This document shows, one piece after another, positions 1 through 8,470 of a stretch of 32,000 nucleotides of DNA. The notes beneath the pieces are model-generated. The model did not search any database. It saw only the letters and a list, made by a program, of their open reading frames with translations, and was not told the DNA's origin. The position numbers and the translations under genes are program-made. Within the stretch, counting starts at the first letter, position 1; each line of letters starts with the position of its first letter. Source of the DNA: Xylanibacter ruminicola 23 (GTDB taxonomy: Bacteria; Bacteroidota; Bacteroidia; Bacteroidales; Bacteroidaceae); contig NC_014033.1 of the NCBI RefSeq assembly GCF_000025925.1, positions 2,910,001 to 2,942,000 of the forward strand. Reading direction: 5' to 3'.

Positions 1-830
1 CTTGGGAGAAATTTGTTGGCACCCTTAAGTCCATACAGCAGCAGATTTCTTTCGATATGAATGGCAATCCTGTATGGGGAGTTGGCTTGGGTGCATATAC
101 TAATCCTGCAATTACTCTCGACGAGATATTCGTCTATCTTAAAACGGCTGACAAGCCTTGTTTGGTTGCTATCGATGAATTTCAGAAGATAACAGAGTAT
201 CCAGACGGTCAAAATGTAGAAGCTGCACTGAGAACACATATCCAAAGATGCCCAAATGCAACATTTTTGTTTGCAGGTTCCAAGCGACATCTTATGGGTG
301 AGATTTTCCTGTCGCCGTCACGTCCGTTCTATCAGTCGGTCATTACAATGGGGCTTTCTCCTATTCCCATCGAAAAGTATAAAGAGTTTGCCTGCGCTCA
401 ATTCGAGAAATGTGGAAAGTCAATCCAGCCTGATGTAGTAGACATCGTTTATCAGCGATTTGATGGAATAACATCTTATCTGCAGCGTCTGATGAACGTG
501 CTATTTCTAAATACCGCACAAGGCGAAACGTGTAGTAAAGATATGATCGACGTTGCTATCAACTACATCTTGGATCTGTATACAGAGTATTACGACACGC
601 TGTTGGCCCAGATGTCAGAGAAGCAGCGCAACGTGTTTTTAGCCATAGCCTGCGAGCGAAGAGTGAAGAGCGTATCGGGTGGTGCTTTTGTGCGGAAATA
701 TCATTTGCAATCGCCAAGTTCTGTTATGTCTGCATTAAGAGGCCTTCTCGACAAAGATCTCATTACCCAGGAAAATGGTGAGTATTTTGTTTACGACCTG
801 TTCTTCCAATTGTGGATAGAGAGAAAATAA
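1..830 (+). CDS. AAA/ATPase_2-type ATP-binding protein, 3' part (gene begins left of the window)
   Basis: The frame of ORF 57..830 stays open back to base 3 (WEKFVGTLKSIQQQISFD, no stop). LVAIDEFQKI resembles a Walker-B box. The C-terminal part resembles the winged-helix tail of stand-alone Bacteroidales ATPases. Confidence 0.6.
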   Translation, partial: WEKFVGTLKSIQQQISFDMNGNPVWGVGLGAYTNPAITLDEIFVYLKTADKPCLVAIDEFQKITEYPDGQNVEAALRTHIQRCPNATFLFAGSKRHLMGEIFLSPSRPFYQSVITMGLSPIPIEKYKEFACAQFEKCGKSIQPDVVDIVYQRFDGITSYLQRLMNVLFLNTAQGETCSKDMIDVAINYILDLYTEYYDTLLAQMSEKQRNVFLAIACERRVKSVSGGAFVRKYHLQSPSSVMSALRGLLDKDLITQENGEYFVYDLFFQLWIERK

Positions 831-862
831 TCTTTGCGGCAGAAAACGTATGAGGACTGACA

Positions 863-1123
863 ATGGAACAGAAATTCAGCAATAACAGCATTGACCTTCA
901 GGTGCTGCGTGCCATCATTGCCGAGCACATTCTCTTCCAGTTCCGTTCGCGTTACCTCGACCTACATTGCGCCACGGCCCGCGAGCGCTACGAATTGCTG
1001 CTACGTCGTTGCCCCGGCATCGTGCATCACCTTGCCTTGCAGGACCTCGCCTCTTTTCTCTGCGTCACGCCCAATTACCTGAGCACCATCCGCAAGGATA
1101 TCACGTTCGAAACGAAAAAATAG
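863..1123 (+). pseudogene. Crp/Fnr-family regulator remnant, copy 1. It keeps the start, the dimerisation helix and the HTH, and lacks the cNMP-binding barrel.
   Basis: The 86-aa ORF contains ATARERYELLLRRCPGIVHHLALQDLASFLCVTPNYLSTIRK, typical of the Crp/Fnr C-terminal HTH. Full-length family members are about 190-230 aa. Its first 49 nt and last 47 nt recur at 9799-9929. Confidence 0.6.
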
Positions 1124-1134
1124 CGCCACTTTCT

Positions 1135-1821
1135 TTAAGTAGATTCTATCACCTCCAACCTATACCCTCGCTTCTTGAGTGACACGATAGAGATGCTGGT
1201 GTCGGGTTCGAGCATTTTGCGGATATAGGTTATCTGGACGTTGAGGGCGAGGGAGTTGGCGTAACTATCGTTTCCCCAGACATGTTCCAGCAGATAGGAG
1301 CGCTCTACGGTCTGACCGATATGCTGGGCCAGAATGGCGAGGATATCCGACTGGCGGGCAGAGAGGTGCTGCACCGTTCCGGCATACTCAATCGTGGAGA
1401 GGTTGCTGTCGAAAATGGTCTGGCCGATGGTCATGCGCGATGGTAACGAAGCCTGGCGATGCTCGAAACGCTCACGAATCTTGGCAATCAGTTCTTCGGG
1501 ATAGAACGGTTTGGGGATATAGTCATTACCTTTCAAGTCGAAGCCTTTCAGGCGGTCGGCCTTTTCCGTCCGGTCGGTGAGGAAGAAGATTAGCACGTCG
1601 CGGTCTTGCTCACGGATCTTTCGCGCCAACTCGAAACCGTTTATCAGCGGCATATTGATATCGAGCAAGACCAAATCGGGCTTGGTTGTAGTAAATGCTT
1701 CCCAACCTTTATGCCCATTCTCGGCATAGTCCACTTCATAGCCCTCCACCTCCAGGAACTTCCTTAACAACTCCGAGTTCTGGCGGTCATCGTCAACGAG
1801 CAGTATTCTAATCTTTTCCAT
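1135..1821 (-). CDS. OmpR/PhoB-type response regulator (receiver + winged-helix)
   Basis: ILLVDDD...DLVLLDINMP...PKPF receiver motifs, with a C-terminal trans_reg_C-like LSARQSDILAIL...GYRL. It overlaps the kinase gene by 14 nt. Confidence 0.9.
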   Translation of the reverse strand: MEKIRILLVDDDRQNSELLRKFLEVEGYEVDYAENGHKGWEAFTTTKPDLVLLDINMPLINGFELARKIREQDRDVLIFFLTDRTEKADRLKGFDLKGNDYIPKPFYPEELIAKIRERFEHRQASLPSRMTIGQTIFDSNLSTIEYAGTVQHLSARQSDILAILAQHIGQTVERSYLLEHVWGNDSYANSLALNVQITYIRKMLEPDTSISIVSLKKRGYRLEVIEST

Positions 1822-3313
1822 CCGTCTGCGGTATTAAAATGGTGAATGTCGTACCCTCGCCCTCAATGCTTTCAAATGTAATCGTTCCGCCATGGGCTTC
1901 GACCAGAAGTTTTACATAACTCAGTCCAAGCCCGATGCCGGGGATGGCCTGGTCCTTTGCCGACTCGCTGCGGTAGAACTTGTCAAACACATAACGCTGG
2001 TCGGCCTTTGCAATGCCGATGCCATTGTCCGCCACGCTGATTTGCACCATCCCGGCCTCACGCATCAGGAAGTCAATCCTGATAGTCACGGCCTCACGGG
2101 AGTATTTAATGGCATTCTCCAGCAGGTTGCAGACGATGTTTGACAGATGCATACGGTCGGCCTGTATCTCCAAATCGTCCTCGGCCACAATCTCCATCCT
2201 CACATCCTTGTCCGACGGGATATTCTGCTTGCCGATACATTCCTCCATCAGACTGCGAAGCGAAAAGCGAGACTTCACCAAAGGAATTTCGGTGGAATCG
2301 CTGAACGTGATGTCGCGCAGTTTCGAGAAATACGAAGTCAGGTTGTCCAGTTCATTGTGCGAACTTGCCAGTATGCGCTGCTTGCTCTCCCCGTCCTGCA
2401 TCATCCGCTCGTTGCCCATAAACGACACACACATCTTCAGCGTCGATATAGGCCGTTTCAGTTCATGGATCATCGTGTGCAGAAACTCCTGCCGGATAGC
2501 CTCTATGTGCCGTTGCTTGCGGATGGTCAGTATCTGATAGACCAGACAGAAGATAAGGAACAGCGATAGCAGCACGGTTATGAGTAGCGTATAGGCCATC
2601 CTGCGGATGACGGGTGATATACTGATGGCTGTCTTCACCACGACCTGTTGCCCCTCAAAGATATCGTAAGGGAACGAGACCGTCATCACAGGTTGCCAGA
2701 TGGAAGTATGTGGCTGCATCGACGGTTGCCACACCATCGTATCGGTTTTCGTGGTAGTGATGCTTTGTGCCGTGATACCTTTTGAACGTAGAATACTGTC
2801 GAGCCTTTCTTTTTGGAACGGATGCTGATGGTCAACAGTGAAGCGGTTTAGTGCTTCAACCAATTGGCTTGTTCCCATGTCTTCGTTTTTCTTGCTGTTA
2901 CAAGTAAACACAAAGTATTCCAAGCCTTCGGGCAACTCCGCAGGATGGTCGTCGAGGAGGCTGGCTATATACTCCAATAGATATGTATGGGCATCTGCTC
3001 CTTTGGGAATGGGGAGAGAATAATGTAGCGTATCAAGCGCAAAGATTTCATACCTCCATGTCTCAACAACATCGTCCCCCTTTATTTCGCTTGTTTTCCT
3101 TAAACGGTTACCATAGAACCTCGGAGAATACGGCAATGTTTTCCTGATTGCTATATCTTCTTCAGCACAGGCAATAATCGTGCTGTACAGTTCGCTTTTG
3201 TATTCTTCAAGCGATAGTTGATAACGGCTGTAAAGCCAATAGCCCTGCACGATGCTGTAGGCTACGATGGCGCAGATGGTCAGGCCATATATAAACTTGA
3301 TTCTTCTTTCCAT
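1808..3313 (-). CDS. Sensor histidine kinase (2 TM, HisKA + HATPase_c)
   Basis: H-box FLHTMIHELKRPIS, N-box LLENAIKYS and G-boxes DNGIGI / GIGLGL. I prefer the ATG at 3313 (MERRIKF...) over the GTG at 3328 used by the track. Confidence 0.85.
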   Translation of the reverse strand: MERRIKFIYGLTICAIVAYSIVQGYWLYSRYQLSLEEYKSELYSTIIACAEEDIAIRKTLPYSPRFYGNRLRKTSEIKGDDVVETWRYEIFALDTLHYSLPIPKGADAHTYLLEYIASLLDDHPAELPEGLEYFVFTCNSKKNEDMGTSQLVEALNRFTVDHQHPFQKERLDSILRSKGITAQSITTTKTDTMVWQPSMQPHTSIWQPVMTVSFPYDIFEGQQVVVKTAISISPVIRRMAYTLLITVLLSLFLIFCLVYQILTIRKQRHIEAIRQEFLHTMIHELKRPISTLKMCVSFMGNERMMQDGESKQRILASSHNELDNLTSYFSKLRDITFSDSTEIPLVKSRFSLRSLMEECIGKQNIPSDKDVRMEIVAEDDLEIQADRMHLSNIVCNLLENAIKYSREAVTIRIDFLMREAGMVQISVADNGIGIAKADQRYVFDKFYRSESAKDQAIPGIGLGLSYVKLLVEAHGGTITFESIEGEGTTFTILIPQTDGKD

Positions 3314-3422
3314 GCTGCAAAAGTACACATTTTATTATGAACCCGCGCCCGAAAGAATCCTAAAAAACCAAAACAGTAATAATTCAGTAATAATTATTTT
3401 CTTTTACGGGGTATAATAGACC

Positions 3423-3430
3423 TATCTTTG
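3423..3430 (+). promoter_or_regulatory. Bacteroides-type -7 box TATCTTTG
   Basis: Matches the TAnnTTTG consensus, 31 nt upstream of the ATG at 3461. Confidence 0.55.
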
Positions 3431-3460
3431 CACCCGATTTCACATCAAAACGTAAATAAA

Positions 3461-4357
3461 ATGAAGAAAAGAGTATTATTTATCGCCCTCGCCTCTGCCC
3501 TTGTCAGCACAATGATGGCACAAGAAGTAGAGCACAGGAAGGAAGTGTATGTAATCAAGGCAGGCAAAGCCTCAGGCATCAGCACTGCTACACCCGTTGA
3601 GCAGAAAGAAATCGGCAAGGCAGTGATGGAGTTTATGTATGACTACAAGTACTTGACTGACACAACTGATGTCAGTCGGAACGAAACCGACCGAATGACA
3701 CTGCAAGTGACTTATGGTATGTCGAAGTTCACGAGTTTCCGAGCCATGCAGATTGATTCACTTATTCGCGTCTCAACGGCAGAACAAATCCGGGCTAACC
3801 CTGACAGTTACATAGGTGGTGAAACGTTTAGCATCTACAAGAACTATCCGCAAGGGCGCTTCACCGTCATCGACAAGGTATCCACAGACTGGTTCCATTA
3901 CGAAGAGGACATACCAGTGCAGGAATGGATACTGACCGACGATACGTGTAATATATTGGGCTATGAATGCAAGAGTGCTGTGTGTGACTTCCGTGGTCGA
4001 CGGTGGACGGCATTTTATACCGACTCAGTTCCCGTTGCCGATGGACCGTGGAAGTTTGGTGGCCTGCCGGGGTTCATCATGCAGGTCTATGACGAGGGGC
4101 ATCAGTATGAATTTACCTGTGTGGGCATAAACTCCAAAGCCGACCGAGTCATGACCATACCCGAAGTGCCGTTCAACAAGACCACTCGCCCCAAATTCTA
4201 TGCCACCAAGTTAAGGTTTGACACCGATCCCTTCGGATATATGATGAATGTAAATGGTGTTAACGTGCAAGTGAAGGGTGCCGACGGCCAACCTCGCACT
4301 GACATCACTCAACCACGAACCTTGCAATACGACTACATCGAACGCGACTGGAAGTAA
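3461..4357 (+). CDS. GLPGLI family protein (secreted, unknown function)
   Basis: Signal peptide MKKRVLFIALASALVSTMMA and the family signature GGLPGFI. The track start at 3428 is a TTG lying inside the promoter box, so the ATG at 3461 is preferred. Confidence 0.8.
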   Translation: MKKRVLFIALASALVSTMMAQEVEHRKEVYVIKAGKASGISTATPVEQKEIGKAVMEFMYDYKYLTDTTDVSRNETDRMTLQVTYGMSKFTSFRAMQIDSLIRVSTAEQIRANPDSYIGGETFSIYKNYPQGRFTVIDKVSTDWFHYEEDIPVQEWILTDDTCNILGYECKSAVCDFRGRRWTAFYTDSVPVADGPWKFGGLPGFIMQVYDEGHQYEFTCVGINSKADRVMTIPEVPFNKTTRPKFYATKLRFDTDPFGYMMNVNGVNVQVKGADGQPRTDITQPRTLQYDYIERDWK

Positions 4358-4363
4358 TATCTG

Positions 4364-6916
4364 ATGAAACGACTCGCCATCCTATTATTATACGTGTCCC
4401 TTCACCTGCCCCTCTGCTACGGACAGATGAAGGCTCTTGTTGGCTCTGTGACCGACGAGGAAAGTGGCGAACCTGTGGCTGGTGCCATCGTGCAGGCCGT
4501 CGGCGGCAAATACTACACTTTCACCACCAATGACGGGCGTTTCTCCTTAAAGGGTGAGGCACGACAAATCCGTGTGCAGTCAATGGGCTATCGTAGTATC
4601 GTCGTAGATGTTTCTGAAAGCCCTATGCACATCAAGATGAAGCCGGAGGCCACACAACTGAAAGACGTTATCATCAAAGCTCCCGACATTATCCAAAGAA
4701 GCGACACGCTGGTCTATTCCATGAGCAAGTGGGCGCAAAAACAAGACCGCAACATGGCCGATGTGCTACGTCGCTTGCCAGGTGTGGAGGTGGCAGAAGA
4801 CGGAGGCATCAAGTACAACGGCGAGCCTATCAACAAGTTCTATATCGATGGCTCTGACTTTGTGAACGACCGCTACGGCGTGGCCACCAATAACATTTCT
4901 CCTGACGACGTGTCCAGCGTGGAGATTATGGAGAACCACCAGCCAGTGAAGGTGCTTGAAGGACTGGAGTTCTCACAGCAAGCCGGACTGAACATCAAAC
5001 TTAAAGAAGCTGCCCGCGCCCGCTGGATTGGCATCCTGAATGGTGGCATGGGTGCCGAGCCTCTGCTCTACGACGCATCCCTGTTTGCCATGCGCATTGC
5101 CAAGAAATGGCAGAACATGGAAACACTGCGACTGAACGACACGGGATGGAACCCCAGCAGCCAGAGCCAGAGGCATACTGACAACACACTCCCAAGCAGT
5201 GGCTATAATGACAATCCGTGGCCTGACTATATCGCTATCGGCATCACCTCTGCGCCGCTTGACGAACTGCGCACCCGCGACAATCTTTCGTTTCTGGCAC
5301 AGTCGAGCAATGCCCGTCATGTAGCCGATGGTCTTGATGTCAAACTGAATGCCACCTATCAAGCTGACCGCTTGGACTTCACCAATTCCTGCACCACTCG
5401 CTATTTCGACAAGAACATACCCTCGTTCTTAGAGCAGAACACTATGCGCAGCCACAAAAACCAGCTAAACGGCGAATGGTCACTGCAACTGAATCGACGT
5501 AATAACTATCTGAAGGACAATCTCAGCGTGGATGCCCTGTGGAATCGTGCTACATCTGCCGTCAGCGGTACGCAAACACTACAGCAACATTCTGACCTCC
5601 CATCTCTTGACATCACCAACGATTTGCAACTGGTTCGCCGAATCGACAGCCACCTACTGACCATCTCGTCGCACAACCGCTATGCCCATCGACCCCATTC
5701 GCTTACTGCCGATAGTATTAAGCAAGACCTCACCACTGATGACTTCCGCTCTGTTACTGAAGCCCGCTATGGCTGGCTACTCCGTCGATGGTCGTTCTAT
5801 GCCCGTGGCGGCATCGACCTCAATCTGCACCGTTTCCAAAGCAGTCTCAGTGGTCTCATGCTGCCCGACTATCCTTTAGATGGCCGTCGAAACTTCACCG
5901 TCCTCAAAACTTACGCCTCGCCCGAAGCCCGCTATCAGCACCGCCGTTTGTGGCTGACGCTCTCACTGCCCATTGGCTATTATTATTATCATGTGGCAGA
6001 CCGACTGGCAGACACCTCTACGGGAAAGCACTTGATGACTGTCTCGCCAATGGTCTATGTTCGCCACCAAATCACGGCCAAGACCGAACTCTCTGCTTAT
6101 CTCAATTACAGTCTCCTGCCAGTCGCGCCAAGCAGTTATACGCAAACCGTCGTTATGTCTGACTTCCGAAACCTCACTTTTCAGACACCATCCACAGAAA
6201 GCATACGGCAACGTTCGGCTTTCGTTAGGCTTCGTTATCGAAACCCCATCACCTCGCTCTTTGCCAATCTCTCAGCCAAATACGAACAGGACTATCAGCC
6301 CCTGATGCAAAACCAGCTGTTCATCGGCGACCGCATTCTCAACGAATTTGTTGCTTTGGGTAACAACGTCTCCATCACTCAACTCAATGGTGGCATCAGC
6401 AAAGGTCTTTGGTCAGCCAAAATCACCGTAGGCATCGATGCGTCTTTTGGACATTCCCGAACCAGGATGATGCGTCAGAACGTGGAACAGCCTTACACCT
6501 CCACCTTCATCACTCTTGCGCCCAAGTTCACGGGCAAATTCACTCGCTGGCTCTCCACTGACTATCGCCTGACTTACACAAACAACCGATATCATGTGGA
6601 TGCAGTAAAGGCCATCCACAGTGCTTTACGTCAAAACTTCTCCGTTACGTTCCTGCCTACCGATCAGTGGCATATTGCTTTCGGCGCAGAGCATTACTAC
6701 ACGCGTTTCTCCACCGACCAGACCGCCAGCATCGTTTTCCTCGATGCCTCTGTCCGCAGGCTTCTTTCCAAACACATTGACCTCGCTCTTGCCGCCACCA
6801 ATCTCCTTGACGAAACTGACTATCGCTACACCTCCTTTGGCTCCCTCTCAGAATCTTTGTATTCTTTCAACATACGACCAAGAAATATCATCATCAAAAT
6901 GCAAATCAAGATATAG
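4364..6916 (+). CDS. TonB-dependent-receptor-like outer-membrane beta-barrel with an N-terminal carboxypeptidase-regulatory-like domain
   Basis: Signal peptide, then GSVTDEESGEPVAGAIV...TNDGRFSL (CarboxypepD_reg-like), a plug-like DVLRRLPGVEV...KYNGEPINKFYIDG, and an aromatic-rich beta-strand C-terminus. It starts 7 nt after the GLPGLI gene. Confidence 0.8.
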   Translation: MKRLAILLLYVSLHLPLCYGQMKALVGSVTDEESGEPVAGAIVQAVGGKYYTFTTNDGRFSLKGEARQIRVQSMGYRSIVVDVSESPMHIKMKPEATQLKDVIIKAPDIIQRSDTLVYSMSKWAQKQDRNMADVLRRLPGVEVAEDGGIKYNGEPINKFYIDGSDFVNDRYGVATNNISPDDVSSVEIMENHQPVKVLEGLEFSQQAGLNIKLKEAARARWIGILNGGMGAEPLLYDASLFAMRIAKKWQNMETLRLNDTGWNPSSQSQRHTDNTLPSSGYNDNPWPDYIAIGITSAPLDELRTRDNLSFLAQSSNARHVADGLDVKLNATYQADRLDFTNSCTTRYFDKNIPSFLEQNTMRSHKNQLNGEWSLQLNRRNNYLKDNLSVDALWNRATSAVSGTQTLQQHSDLPSLDITNDLQLVRRIDSHLLTISSHNRYAHRPHSLTADSIKQDLTTDDFRSVTEARYGWLLRRWSFYARGGIDLNLHRFQSSLSGLMLPDYPLDGRRNFTVLKTYASPEARYQHRRLWLTLSLPIGYYYYHVADRLADTSTGKHLMTVSPMVYVRHQITAKTELSAYLNYSLLPVAPSSYTQTVVMSDFRNLTFQTPSTESIRQRSAFVRLRYRNPITSLFANLSAKYEQDYQPLMQNQLFIGDRILNEFVALGNNVSITQLNGGISKGLWSAKITVGIDASFGHSRTRMMRQNVEQPYTSTFITLAPKFTGKFTRWLSTDYRLTYTNNRYHVDAVKAIHSALRQNFSVTFLPTDQWHIAFGAEHYYTRFSTDQTASIVFLDASVRRLLSKHIDLALAATNLLDETDYRYTSFGSLSESLYSFNIRPRNIIIKMQIKI

Positions 6917-6957
6917 TAACGATCACTTTATATCAAACTTTCAAAAAACAGTAAGGA

Positions 6958-7064
6958 TTATGGAGAACCCGCCATCTCCCCCTGAACGCCATCGCCTCGT
7001 TCCTCTGCGTCACTCCCAACAATTGTCACGCATCCGCAAGGCCGTCACGTTTTCGGAGAAATAA
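6958..7064 (+). pseudogene. Crp/Fnr-family remnant, copy 2 (3' end only, frameshifted)
   Basis: One frame reads HLPLNAIASFLCVTPNN and the next frame reads LSRIRKAVTFSEK*. Together these align with HHLALQDLASFLCVTPNYLSTIRKDITFETKK* of copy 1. Confidence 0.55.
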
Positions 7065-7085
7065 TTCCAAATATTCACAAAACCC

Positions 7086-7172
7086 CTGAACATTTGTTCA
7101 GACTTTCACCTCGGCAGACACTTTTTCGGTCTTGTCGGGGGCTTTTTTGTACCGTTTTACGTAACTTTGCCA
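7086..7172 (+). repeat. Structured repeat, copy A: 6-bp mini-hairpin, then a GC hairpin with a T6 tract (intrinsic terminator), then a conserved tail
   Basis: ctgaac-attt-gttcag, then cctcggcagac/gtcttgtcgggg with G-U pairs that work only on the + strand, then cttttttgtaccgttttac. The tail contains a TAACTTTG box at 7162-7169. Homologous to 7936-8022. Confidence 0.6.
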
Positions 7173-7279
7173 AACAAAACTGATGAACAATGAAGAAAAT
7201 GAACATCCCCTTCCGCCCAAAAACTATAAAAAAAACAAAAATAATTGAGAAAACATTTGGAGTTGCAACTAAATTTAGT

Positions 7280-7287
7280 TACCTTTG
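7280..7287 (+). promoter_or_regulatory. -7 box TACCTTTG upstream of hicA
   Basis: TAnnTTTG match ending only 5 nt before the ATG at 7293. Confidence 0.5.
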
Positions 7288-7292
7288 CGGCG

Positions 7293-7553
7293 ATGAATAA
7301 GAAAGATAAACTCATAAAACGGTTTAAGACTCAACCTCGGGATTTTACTTTCGACGAGGTTGTTACATTGTTTCAGGGTTGTGGCTTCGAACTTGAACAC
7401 AAAGGCTCTACATCAGGCTCGCGCGTCAAGTTCTACAATGCAAAGGACGAGAACTCGTACATCATGCACAAGCCCCATCCGAGCAATATTATAAAGGGTT
7501 ACATGATGCGCGACATATTGAATTATCTATTAACCAATAATTATATTAAATAA
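7293..7553 (+). CDS. hicA: HicA-family type II toxin (mRNA interferase)
   Basis: FTFDEVVTLFQGCGFELEHKGSTSGSRVKFYN...IMHKPHP fits the Bacteroidales HicA pattern, and hicB follows 13 nt downstream. The ATG at 7293 is preferred to the TTG at 7245. Confidence 0.75.
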   Translation: MNKKDKLIKRFKTQPRDFTFDEVVTLFQGCGFELEHKGSTSGSRVKFYNAKDENSYIMHKPHPSNIIKGYMMRDILNYLLTNNYIK

Positions 7554-7566
7554 GGAGGATAGTAAT

Positions 7567-7908
7567 ATGGGATATTTGAAGTATAAAGGTTACACAGGTA
7601 GTGTAGAATATAGCGAAGAAGACAAATGTCTGTTTGGAAAGGTGCAGGGAATGGCTAAGGATAGTATTACCTACGAAGGCTCAACTGTAGAAGAACTGAC
7701 AAAGGACTTTGAGGAAGCTATAGATGATTATCTGGCATTATGTGAGGAGAAGGGTATTGAACCACGCAAGCCCTATTCTGGCGTGTTGAATGTCAGACTT
7801 ACCCCAGAGATTCATAGCGGTGCAGCCATAGCAGCCCAGAAAGAAGGCATCACCATCAACGCGTTTATCAAGAACGCCGTTGCACGTGCATTAGGCATGG
7901 TGTTGTAA
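7567..7908 (+). CDS. hicB: HicB-family antitoxin with a C-terminal RHH/CopG-like tail
   Basis: YKGYTGSVEYSEEDKCLFGKVQG...YEGSTVEELTKDFEEAIDDYLALCEEKG...SGVLNVRLTPEIH is the classic HicB fold signature. Confidence 0.85.
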   Translation: MGYLKYKGYTGSVEYSEEDKCLFGKVQGMAKDSITYEGSTVEELTKDFEEAIDDYLALCEEKGIEPRKPYSGVLNVRLTPEIHSGAAIAAQKEGITINAFIKNAVARALGMVL

Positions 7909-7935
7909 AACCTAACCAAGCCATCAAGTAAAACT

Positions 7936-8022
7936 CTTAACCTGAGTTAAGACCCACACCCTCGGTAGCCAGATTATGGGCTTTGCCGAGGGCTTTTTTG
8001 TGTCGTTTTACAAAACTCTTCC
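7936..8022 (+). repeat. Structured repeat, copy B (mini-hairpin + terminator + conserved tail)
   Basis: cttaac-ctga-gttaag, then ccctcggtagcc/ggctttgccgaggg, then cttttttgtgtcgttttac. The mini-hairpin differs from copy A by a compensatory pair change (g:c to t:a). Confidence 0.6.
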
Positions 8023-8130
8023 TAGTCAACTGGTCCAAAACCCAAGTCGAAGAGTAGTTGGTTAATTATTAAAATATTATAAATTAACCACGCTTTTGCT
8101 ATTTAATTTGTAAGATATTAGAAATTATAT

Positions 8131-8138
8131 TATCTTTG
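8131..8138 (+). promoter_or_regulatory. -7 box TATCTTTG upstream of hipB
   Basis: TAnnTTTG match, 21 nt upstream of the ATG at 8159. Confidence 0.55.
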
Positions 8139-8158
8139 CAAACAAAAATAGGAACGAT

Positions 8159-8464
8159 ATGTGGACAGAACTAAGTGATCCTGCTATCCTGCAGAAAATG
8201 GGACGCAGAATACGTGATTATCGCATGCGTATGGAAATGACCCAAAGCGAACTGGCTGAAAAGTCGGGCGTAAGTATGGGAACAATCGTAAGAGTGGAAC
8301 AGGGCAATCCTATATCCACCTTATTACTTATAAGCATCCTAAGGACCATGGGGCTACTCGAAAATCTGGAAGTTCTACTACCGGAACTCAGTATTAGTCC
8401 ACTACAGATGCGAAAACTACAAGGTAAAAAGGTACAGAGAATAAGACATAAAAAAGAAGAATAA
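8159..8464 (+). CDS. hipB: XRE-family HTH antitoxin (HipB-like)
   Basis: MTQSELAEKSGVSMGTIVRVEQG is an XRE-type HTH. The gene ends 6 nt before hipA. Confidence 0.75.
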   Translation: MWTELSDPAILQKMGRRIRDYRMRMEMTQSELAEKSGVSMGTIVRVEQGNPISTLLLISILRTMGLLENLEVLLPELSISPLQMRKLQGKKVQRIRHKKEE

Positions 8465-8470
8465 ACGACA

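Noticed and set aside
6621-7064. 147-aa plus-strand ORF spanning the end of the outer-membrane barrel gene and the intergenic region
   Set aside because: Its first 295 nt are an alternative frame of the barrel gene. Only its last 13 or so codons are meaningful, and they belong to the frameshifted Crp/Fnr remnant.
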